Shown: positions 56,149-64,000 of the stretch, in pieces
Layout of the letters: the number at the start of each line of letters is the position of its first letter
Position numbering within the stretch: position 1 is the first letter of the stretch
Virus record (IMG/VR): IMGVR_UViG_3300023184_004167
Span: 1-64,000 of that record
Length of the DNA stretch: 64,000 bases
Source of the DNA: a virus
Direction: 5' to 3' (one strand)
Notes under the pieces: model-generated
Seen by the model: the letters and a program-made list of their open reading frames with translations, nothing else
Database searches by the model: none
Told to the model about the DNA's origin: nothing
Program-made: the position numbers and the translations under genes

Positions 56149-59100
56149 TTATGGTGCCACCCCACCATCTATTATTGTCCAATTATATGTTACACCCGTT
56201 AAAGTGTCTTTACCCGCTTGTGCGGTTGCTCCGCTATATTTTAGTCCACCAAAATTAACATTTGTTAAATTTGTTTGTAATGGTTTGGTTGACCAAGAAA
56301 TTAATATGTTGTTGTAATTATCAACCGAATAATTACTTGAGGTTTTACCTGTCATAAAGTTTTGGAAATTGCTCACATTATTTGGACTCCAATTACTAAT
56401 ATCTTGATTAAACGCTGTATTATTAAAGAACATAGATGACATATTAGTAACAGCAGTTACAGTCCATCCAGAAATATCAGGATTTCCATCATTATTAAAT
56501 ACGGAATTTTTAAACATATCTGACATATTTAGAACATTTGAAACATTCCAAGAACTAATGTTTTGATTAAATATTCCGTTTCCGTTAAACATTCCTGTCA
56601 TATCTGTAACCGCACTTAAAGAATTACCCCAATTACCTATTGGTTGGTTAAATGCGTCGGAATTACTAAACATTCTTGCGGTTGTAAAACAACTATTTAA
56701 TGTCCAAGCAGAAATTGATGGGTCTCCTCCATTATTAAAATATAAATTGGAACTAAACATATCATCAATCCTTTTAACATTTGACATATTCCAATTTCCA
56801 ATATTTTTATTAAACACTCCTCCGGCAAACATATTTCTCATACCGCTCAAAGTACTCAGTGATGTAACATTAGAAACATCCCAACTTCCAATTGGTTGGT
56901 TAAATGTATTGTTCAAATAGAACATATGTCCCATATCAGTACAAGCAGAAGTTGTCCATCCACTAATTCCTGGGTCTCCACCATTATTGAAAGTTGTAGA
57001 TGAACCACCACCAGCAAACATATAATTCATCTGATTTGCCCTAATATAAGATTTGTACCCATAATCATTAGGAAAATTTCTTTCCCAATTCGTAATATTT
57101 CTATTAAATGCATATGCCAAATGGAACACATATCCCATTGACCCCCCTCCTGTTGCCGCCGATGTTGTCCAACCACTAATACTATTACTCCCCGCATTGT
57201 CAAAAACAAATGCACTATCAAACATTGTATAAAATGAAGTTACTTTGTGTGTATCCCAATTACCAATATCTTTATTGAATTTTCTAGCATTAGCGAACAT
57301 ATATGACATATCTGTGACCGCAGAAACAGTCCATCCACTCAAATCATCATTAAAATTAAGAGCGGAGTTGAAAGTACTATTCATACTAACTACTTTAGAT
57401 GTATCCCAATTATTAACATTGTTAATTGTAGTTAAAGAACTACATCCATTGAATAAAGATGCTAAATTTGTTGTCCCACTTAAATTCAACACATCTGTAA
57501 CACCTGTCAACACCAAATTGGAACACCCATAGAAGTGTCCTGTTGATGTTGTACCACTGCCCAATTGAAGTGGGCCCCATTTCAATACTTCAACAAGTTT
57601 TAATTTATCACCCGAATTATTAAATGCCCATCCTTTTAGATTGCCCGGGTCGGCATAAATGTTAATTGTGTAAGTTCCAGGTGATGAATATGTATGAGTT
57701 AATGCAGAGTCATTCCAAGTACTAACATAATCATTGGTTGAGCTATCTCCCCAATTAATAATACAATTATAATTTGTTCCCGTACCACTAATAAATGGTA
57801 ATTTAACTTGGTCAGAATTACTTGAACCAACACTTGTATTTGTTGTTGTAAATCTTCCTGTAAAATTAATTAATGGTCTAGTAGGCGTTTGAGTCATTGT
57901 TGGGGTTTGCGTCGGAGTTTCGGTATTTGTAGGTGTGTTTGTTGGGGTTTGCGTCGGAGTTTCGGTATTTGTAGGTGTATTTGTTGGTGTGGGTGTATTT
58001 GTTGGAGTTTCAGTATTTGTTGGGGTTTGCGTCGGAGTTTCGGTATTTGTAGGTGTGTTTGTTGGCGTTTGAGTCGGAGTTTCAGTATTTGTTGGCGTTT
58101 GACTTTGTGTTGATGTATTTGTTGGCGTTTGAGTCGGAGTTTCAGTATTTGTTGGCGTTTGTGTATTTGTTGGCGTATTTGTTGGTGTAGGTGTAGGCGT
58201 GGGTACGTGTAAACAAGTACTACAATCAGGATAAACTTGGTATACCTGATTAACATTAGAATTAGAAGATAAATTAGCATCATCCCTATCATATTTCACA
58301 CAAAAACTACTAGTTGTACTACCGCTAGATATTTGAGCATACATATATGTTCCAACACTTACAAAAGTATTACCATACGCTAAATTATTATTAACATAAT
58401 ATTGATTATATGGTGGTTCACAACTAATCAACACTTTAATACCAGGACAATTAAATGGTGGGTCTAAAACAACAAAAGTTGCTTTACCCGAAATTTGAGT
58501 CTTATTTGGTGTCATTGTTGGTGTTGCTGTAACTGATGGTGTCGGCGTTGAAGATGTTTTTGCAATACTAAAATCAACCCCCACAATATAAACAGGACTA
58601 TTTGATGGTGTTGGTGTAACCCCAAAATTTGTAATGTTAAACTCAACATCACCACAATCTATTGCCGGTGTTGGAGTTACTGGGGGAACATATTCACAAT
58701 CAAAATAAGCATAAAAATCTAATAAATCACAATTAACCGGGGGTGTTGGTGCTGGTGGACAATCTCCAACAGCAAATGTATTTGATGCCAAATCAGGACA
58801 ATCCGAATAACAAGGACTTTTTCCTTCTAAAACACAAGGATTACCTAACCCATCACTTAAACACCACTTATTTGAAACATCAAAAAATAAATAACCAACT
58901 AAATCAGTTCCTCCTGTATAATATATCTTTGAATTATAACTTAATGTTGTTGAACTATATGTTCCATTATATCCTGATAATGAGGAAAAGGTTGTTGAAA
59001 AACAATATGATGGATTTGGACAAGGTAATGGTGTTGGTGAAGGTGTTGGTGTATTTGTTGGTGTTGGATTTGGAGTTCTTGTAGGGGTTGGTGTTGGTAC

Positions 59101-59757
59101 ACAATATTTACAATTATCAAATAATGGTGAACCTAAATTAGTACCACCAGGTCCTGAGAACTCAACAAACGCATAACATTCGCTATTATATATATAAGCG
59201 GCACCAATAAATGCCGTGTCTAAATCAACATTAAAATAATAAAGAGTACCATCAGAACATTTTGATAAAGTTGCCGCCGCACTACTTGTTCTTGGACAAA
59301 TAACATTTCCACAATCATCAACTAATGTAAATGTAACTGAATTGGCGTCATATAATGGCCCAGAACCATCATTTGCAATAATTGTTGCACAACCTGTATA
59401 TTCTCCAAATCCATCTACATAGTAGATATTTCCAACTATTGTTGGTATTATATTACCATAAAATCTGAAAACATTTTCACCATTTTCACAATCTCTGAAT
59501 TGTACCGTAGTTGCAGAACAAGTACCACTAAATTTAATAATCCCACTAACAACTTCAAAACAACTTGTGCCTCCATTAGGTATATCGGAATAAAATCCTG
59601 TTGGTGCGATAATAGAACAACCACTATCGGTATATAAATCACCATTTATAGTTAATGCGGTGTCGGTAGAATAATAATCACTACCTGAAGGTATTGAACA
59701 CGCATCATTACAATTAGTTCCAGTATATGATAATTTACCAATAAAGTTACACGCCAT
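56149..59757 (-). CDS. Large putative virion adhesin: Cys-rich domains, PT linkers, PKD-like domain, BspA/DUF285 repeats
   Basis: 'WGD...HTY..PGTYTI'; repeats 'FNQPIG.WDVSNVT.M..MF'. Confidence 0.85.
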   Translation of the reverse strand: MACNFIGKLSYTGTNCNDACSIPSGSDYYSTDTALTINGDLYTDSGCSIIAPTGFYSDIPNGGTSCFEVVSGIIKFSGTCSATTVQFRDCENGENVFRFYGNIIPTIVGNIYYVDGFGEYTGCATIIANDGSGPLYDANSVTFTLVDDCGNVICPRTSSAAATLSKCSDGTLYYFNVDLDTAFIGAAYIYNSECYAFVEFSGPGGTNLGSPLFDNCKYCVPTPTPTRTPNPTPTNTPTPSPTPLPCPNPSYCFSTTFSSLSGYNGTYSSTTLSYNSKIYYTGGTDLVGYLFFDVSNKWCLSDGLGNPCVLEGKSPCYSDCPDLASNTFAVGDCPPAPTPPVNCDLLDFYAYFDCEYVPPVTPTPAIDCGDVEFNITNFGVTPTPSNSPVYIVGVDFSIAKTSSTPTPSVTATPTMTPNKTQISGKATFVVLDPPFNCPGIKVLISCEPPYNQYYVNNNLAYGNTFVSVGTYMYAQISSGSTTSSFCVKYDRDDANLSSNSNVNQVYQVYPDCSTCLHVPTPTPTPTNTPTNTQTPTNTETPTQTPTNTSTQSQTPTNTETPTQTPTNTPTNTETPTQTPTNTETPTNTPTPTNTPTNTETPTQTPTNTPTNTETPTQTPTMTQTPTRPLINFTGRFTTTNTSVGSSNSDQVKLPFISGTGTNYNCIINWGDSSTNDYVSTWNDSALTHTYSSPGTYTINIYADPGNLKGWAFNNSGDKLKLVEVLKWGPLQLGSGTTSTGHFYGCSNLVLTGVTDVLNLSGTTNLASLFNGCSSLTTINNVNNWDTSKVVSMNSTFNSALNFNDDLSGWTVSAVTDMSYMFANARKFNKDIGNWDTHKVTSFYTMFDSAFVFDNAGSNSISGWTTSAATGGGSMGYVFHLAYAFNRNITNWERNFPNDYGYKSYIRANQMNYMFAGGGSSTTFNNGGDPGISGWTTSACTDMGHMFYLNNTFNQPIGSWDVSNVTSLSTLSGMRNMFAGGVFNKNIGNWNMSNVKRIDDMFSSNLYFNNGGDPSISAWTLNSCFTTARMFSNSDAFNQPIGNWGNSLSAVTDMTGMFNGNGIFNQNISSWNVSNVLNMSDMFKNSVFNNDGNPDISGWTVTAVTNMSSMFFNNTAFNQDISNWSPNNVSNFQNFMTGKTSSNYSVDNYNNILISWSTKPLQTNLTNVNFGGLKYSGATAQAGKDTLTGVTYNWTIIDGGVAP
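57886..58203 (-). repeat. Near-perfect Pro-Thr tandem repeat ([10 protein letters not shown] units)
   Basis: Repeated GCGTCGGAGTTTCGGTATTTGT / GAGTCGGAGTTTCAGTATTTGT blocks. Confidence 0.9.
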
Positions 59758-59868
59758 AGTTATATTCTTATTACTTTATAAATAACCCGAAATTTATTTT
59801 TTACACTCTTATTAATAATAGATTCTTAATATTTTTAATAAACAACACTTTTTGAAATATTTATATAT

Positions 59869-60042
59869 ATGAAACTTATAAAAACAATAAAGAAAGTTAT
59901 ACAAGAAGCCGAAGAGCAGTATAATTTTGCTTGCGAAAAATCTGTACCAGTACAAGAGTTAGATAGATTAGAAAAAAATTACAAAGACTCCTTAAAGTTA
60001 TTAAAATTTTATCCCAGAAAAGAAGAGAAAAAGAAAAAGTAA
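59869..60042 (+). CDS. Small protein with 'IKKVIQE' leader (57 aa, not in ORF track)
   Basis: MKLIKTIKKVIQEAEEQY...; TATTTAT at 59858-59864. Confidence 0.6.
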   Translation: MKLIKTIKKVIQEAEEQYNFACEKSVPVQELDRLEKNYKDSLKLLKFYPRKEEKKKK

Positions 60043-60043
60043 A

Positions 60044-60286
60044 TTAAGGTGTATTACAACCTATTATCTTAAATGTCTCACATCCATTAGACGCACTCAA
60101 AATTAACATTATTGATTCAATTGTATTGAACAATGGTGGAGGATATTGATATACTGTCGGAGGAACGGGTGTTGATGTTGCGCCCGTTATTGTACCAATA
60201 AAATATCTGTTCTCACCACGATAATCCGCAACATACACATCAATTGGTGTGTTCCCCGAAACTTCTGTGAATTCTATTTGTGTCAT
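60044..60286 (-). CDS. Stand-alone small domain protein (paralog of 55122-55343)
   Basis: 'SGNTPIDVYV.D..G....FI.TI...VPP...SNGCE'; ATGA overlap. Confidence 0.7.
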   Translation of the reverse strand: MTQIEFTEVSGNTPIDVYVADYRGENRYFIGTITGATSTPVPPTVYQYPPPLFNTIESIMLILSASNGCETFKIIGCNTP

Positions 60287-62415
60287 AAGGTACAATTAAT
60301 ATCATATTCAATAACCAAACTAACCTTTATATCCAATACTGTTATATCAACATTTCTATCATTGATAATGGTTATTTGATTGTTAGTTTCATCAATGATA
60401 ACATCCCCAATTCCAATAATACTCATCAGTAATGTTTTTATTGAATCATACCATAGATTATCATCAGGAGATACAAGAAGAGATGTTGTAGTAAAGAATG
60501 TGTCAGTAATTTCAATACCATAGGGGTTTGCATTTACTTTTGTTGTAAAGGTTGCTGATATTAACCCACAATCAGTATGTCCAGAAGTTATATCAAAATA
60601 GCCCTCATTTAACATCTTTGATAAACTATATTTAGAACTTGATTCTATTTGGAAGGTTTGTTCTCCCATTATAAATGTCTGATAAGAAACAATGTTCTTA
60701 CTTCCTTCTATTGTTGTTGTTCTATTTAATGATGATTTATTACCATCAATAATTGTTAAACTATATGTTCCCGCAGTTAACCCATCAACAAAAATTGTTT
60801 GGGGATTACCATCAACATTATTTGACCAATTAAAAGTAAACGGAGGTGTTCCCGAAGATATCAATGCCGTTATTGTTCCATCACTACCAATACCCGCAGA
60901 TGTTGGATATAATAAAAAATCAACGGGTGCATTATATTCAACATAAACCTGAGATGTTTGAACACAACCATTAGCATCAGAAACTGATATTCCGTGTTGT
61001 CCTGACGACACTTTATAAAAAGTGGTTGCACTTAAAGTTGTTCCAACAATACCGATATCACCATCTAAAAAATAATTATATGGTGGAGTCCCACCACTTG
61101 TTTTAATAACTTCAATAACACCATTAGCCTGTCCAAATGTTGTTCCAGTGGTTTGTGTTGATATGGTAAACTTATTTTCAGTTATCAATGTATAATCATT
61201 CATAAAAGTACAACCTGACGCATCTTCAACAACAAGAGTATATGTTCCTGAACTTAAATAAGAAAATAAATTAAATTGTAATGAACTTACAACATTTTTT
61301 GAACTACTATCAGGATAAATAAGTGTATAATTATATGGATTGTTTCCCCCAACTAAACTCACAGCTATTGAACCCCCTTCATCAGAACAATTAGAGTTTT
61401 CTGATACAACATTAACAGATGTCATTCCGCTAGGTGTACTTAAAGTTGTACCAACAGACACAGAACAAAATGCTGCGTCTGTAACTAAAAATGAATATGC
61501 CCCCGCCCCAACATCACTTAATGTAAAAATCCTTGAATAAGAAATTTCAACATATCCTGTTGATGCTGAATAATAAAAAGGTGCAGTACCTCCAGTTAAT
61601 GTCAAAGTTAATGAACCATCATTACTTAAACAAGATGGTGGGTTTGCGGTAAATAACACAACAGATAATGGTGCGACATCTGTAATTGTTGCGGTTCTAA
61701 TTTGAGTACAATTTAAAGAATCTGTAACTCTAACAGCATATTCACCAGCGGTTAAACCTGTAATAGAACTTGTTGTCTCACCATTGTTCCATATGTATGT
61801 ATATGGTGAAACTCCAGTCTGCCCTGTAACATATATCTTACCTAATGGTGTATATCCGCAAGCCGCATTTGGAACCACATATAAACCAAAATCAAGTGGT
61901 GAAGATTCTTCAATAATAAATGTTTCACTTCTACCTGTACAACCGCCAGCATCTAACGCAACCATATAATATGTTCCCGCACTTAAATTTTGAAAAAGCC
62001 CTATATTAACAAGTGTATCAGTATAATTAACATAAGTCCCACCCGAATCATATAAATAAAATTGAGTGTATGAATATTCTGATGATGAAGTACCTGTTAC
62101 AATTCCATTATTCTCCCCACAAGTTGTTGCTTGAACTCCATAAACATAACAACAAACACCATTAGAAATAGGGGCATTTACATAAATTTCATTGTTAAGG
62201 GGTAGTGAGCTATCATTTATTCTTATTGCGTATGTACCTGCGTAGAGTCCACTTCTTGTTGAGGCGGTAACCTCAATATCTGTACCTAAATCCGGTGTAA
62301 CCCATTGAATGTTATATGGTGCTGTCCCCCCATACGCCACAATATTGATTTCTCCAGACCCTGTCTGTGAACAATCACCACTTATTACTACTATTTGATA
62401 CCCTAAGTCTGCCAT
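60283..62415 (-). CDS. SprB-repeat-containing putative virion protein
   Basis: About seven repeats of 'G.I.....GGT.PY.Y.W...L.AG.Y...V.D..GC'. Confidence 0.8.
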   Translation of the reverse strand: MADLGYQIVVISGDCSQTGSGEINIVAYGGTAPYNIQWVTPDLGTDIEVTASTRSGLYAGTYAIRINDSSLPLNNEIYVNAPISNGVCCYVYGVQATTCGENNGIVTGTSSSEYSYTQFYLYDSGGTYVNYTDTLVNIGLFQNLSAGTYYMVALDAGGCTGRSETFIIEESSPLDFGLYVVPNAACGYTPLGKIYVTGQTGVSPYTYIWNNGETTSSITGLTAGEYAVRVTDSLNCTQIRTATITDVAPLSVVLFTANPPSCLSNDGSLTLTLTGGTAPFYYSASTGYVEISYSRIFTLSDVGAGAYSFLVTDAAFCSVSVGTTLSTPSGMTSVNVVSENSNCSDEGGSIAVSLVGGNNPYNYTLIYPDSSSKNVVSSLQFNLFSYLSSGTYTLVVEDASGCTFMNDYTLITENKFTISTQTTGTTFGQANGVIEVIKTSGGTPPYNYFLDGDIGIVGTTLSATTFYKVSSGQHGISVSDANGCVQTSQVYVEYNAPVDFLLYPTSAGIGSDGTITALISSGTPPFTFNWSNNVDGNPQTIFVDGLTAGTYSLTIIDGNKSSLNRTTTIEGSKNIVSYQTFIMGEQTFQIESSSKYSLSKMLNEGYFDITSGHTDCGLISATFTTKVNANPYGIEITDTFFTTTSLLVSPDDNLWYDSIKTLLMSIIGIGDVIIDETNNQITIINDRNVDITVLDIKVSLVIEYDINCTL

Positions 62416-62418
62416 ATT

Positions 62419-64000
62419 TTAACAAGTTACATTTATATTTATACCAACACTTAAGCTTAAATTTTGATTTAGATATAGTGTTTGAGTACCTAAATTTGTT
62501 ATAGTTAATTGATTACCATTTATAAAATAAGTTAAATTAAATGGTATTATATTTTGTAAACTATTACTTAACGCTGTTATCCAATCCTGATTTGTAGGAA
62601 CTGAATTATTTCCGTATCCTGTATAAAATAGTTGATGGATAAGTACCGTACTTCCAATTTTTAAATCAACATACCAACTAGAAGAAAGTGAACTAACCCC
62701 AGCACAAGTTGCTTGTGTTTGCCCATTGGCGGATAACAAACTATTCAATGTATTAGATAATATTCCACTAAAATTAGTCACACCAATATTACCATTTAAC
62801 CAAGGGAATACATTTATTTTAACTTTTTCATTATTTAAATTATAACTTGTAAGATTTGAAATAATATTACACTTATTAACAGCAACCGGAGCAAATTGAC
62901 ATCCCCTAGTTCTTCTATACATAAATTTTTGTTTATGTAATATTGAATTTTCAAATTTAACCCCACCTTGCCATATTGTTGTTGCCGGAATCATTTGTTC
63001 CACTAATTTCAACCAAAAAGGCCCCATTCCATTCACATAATCAATTAATTTTTGATAAGTGTAATTGTTATTCGGTACACCAATTGTTTGATATTGTTCT
63101 ATATATTTCCACCAAAGAGATTGCAATGTTGGATAACCCCCCGTCTTACCATCCGTAATAAACTGGCGATTTCTAACATTAATCATATTTTGCCAAAATG
63201 TTTGAGAGAATTCAAAGAATGTTTTTTTCTTTGGTTCAGGATTGATAAAGGTTGAATCCACCCCACCAGGAACAGGATAATTAATACTTAACCCTGACTC
63301 AGGTATCGGATAATTATTTATTCTTGATTGTTCCCAAATTTCATATGCTAACCCCTGACCTGGATTTAAGAAAATATCAACATTCTTAACATTCAAAACC
63401 AATTTCTCATTATCAACATAATAATATGCATTATAATTTCCTTGACTTGATGTTCTTAACTTATCATCTGTTGATAACCAAGACTTATTATTATCAATAA
63501 CTTTTAATAACTTAAATCCGTCATTAATGTACGGAAAACTTCTATAAACATCTAAATATTCTTGTCCATAACTAAACGGAGTTAACTGAGTTTGTATATT
63601 AGTATTTTGTCCCTTATAAACATCTCCATTAATTACAAGTTGTTGTGGACTTCTATGTGATGGCGTTTGCTCATACCAACCAGCACCTTTTTGAAAGAAA
63701 TTTGATTCAGTATTCGGTGGTGATTGGGGATAACCTTGATTATCAATCGGATAATCAGATTCACTCACATTAACATAAGTATATGTCGGATTTGTTGTAA
63801 ATCCTGTAAATGTAATCCCTCTAAGTTTAAATGTATTCCCTGGCTGATACGCCGGAACTTCATCAACATATGTTCCACCTGAAATTTTTCCAAATTGTTT
63901 TTTAAAATTTTCAATACTTACAACTTGGTCAGCCAAATAAATATGTTCATTATATTCAACAAGAGATTCAGGGGCGCCTATTAAATTCAATAAAAATTCA
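62419..64000 (-). CDS. Putative baseplate/structural protein, 5'-partial
   Basis: Frame stays open to the window edge (..EFLLNLIGAP..); 'LVEQMIPATT' resembles baseplate-wedge motifs. Confidence 0.6.
   Translation of the reverse strand, partial: EFLLNLIGAPESLVEYNEHIYLADQVVSIENFKKQFGKISGGTYVDEVPAYQPGNTFKLRGITFTGFTTNPTYTYVNVSESDYPIDNQGYPQSPPNTESNFFQKGAGWYEQTPSHRSPQQLVINGDVYKGQNTNIQTQLTPFSYGQEYLDVYRSFPYINDGFKLLKVIDNNKSWLSTDDKLRTSSQGNYNAYYYVDNEKLVLNVKNVDIFLNPGQGLAYEIWEQSRINNYPIPESGLSINYPVPGGVDSTFINPEPKKKTFFEFSQTFWQNMINVRNRQFITDGKTGGYPTLQSLWWKYIEQYQTIGVPNNNYTYQKLIDYVNGMGPFWLKLVEQMIPATTIWQGGVKFENSILHKQKFMYRRTRGCQFAPVAVNKCNIISNLTSYNLNNEKVKINVFPWLNGNIGVTNFSGILSNTLNSLLSANGQTQATCAGVSSLSSSWYVDLKIGSTVLIHQLFYTGYGNNSVPTNQDWITALSNSLQNIIPFNLTYFINGNQLTITNLGTQTLYLNQNLSLSVGININVTC

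Noticed and set aside
49848-58292. Alternative-frame and antisense ORFs over PT repeats (49848, 49873, 50051, 57889, 57894)
   Set aside because: By-products of stop-poor tandem repeats inside real genes.
4901-63255. Many 60-130 aa ORFs nested in or antisense to longer genes (e.g. 6377, 8731, 11856, 28233, 34789, 38157, 44594, 58743)
   Set aside because: Shadow ORFs with no recognisable motifs, fully overlapping well-supported CDSs.
1565-64000. Stop-codon reassignment as in some large Bacteroidota phages
   Set aside because: Known genes are full length in code 11, coding density is high, and TAA, TAG and TGA all end genes at sensible places.

Overview
AT-rich, densely coding, mostly minus-strand segment of a large tailed (jumbo-type) dsDNA phage read in the standard genetic code. 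The host is very probably a Bacteroidota bacterium: there are many TTTG-N19/20-TAnnTTTG promoters, a Bacteroidota-type sigma-70, a T9SS cargo protein, and SprB-like and DUF285-like domains. From left to right the window holds: (1) a 1.5 kb non-coding locus with four tandem host-type promoters, small hairpin RNAs, two boxA-like sites, tRNA-Met(CAT) and an ~830 nt highly structured RNA that is GOLLD-like and runs off the window edge; (2) a host-like envelope cassette (T9SS cargo, YceI, two beta-barrels); (3) accessory and metabolic genes (Nudix, DUF192, four DNA methyltransferases, GIY-YIG nuclease, Trx/Grx, DnaJ, PcfJ, DUF932, a possible degenerate MetK) mixed with proteins carrying a shared N-terminal (I/L)-x-E leader; (4) a possible lysis/envelope block, sigma factor, SbcCD, PD-(D/E)XK nuclease, primase and RuvC, plus small early genes and a 300 nt structured intergenic RNA candidate at ~40.0-40.3 kb; (5) an 18 kb virion baseplate/fibre module with Pro-Thr linkers and swappable adhesin tips. 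All family calls come from motif recognition by eye; no database searches were run.
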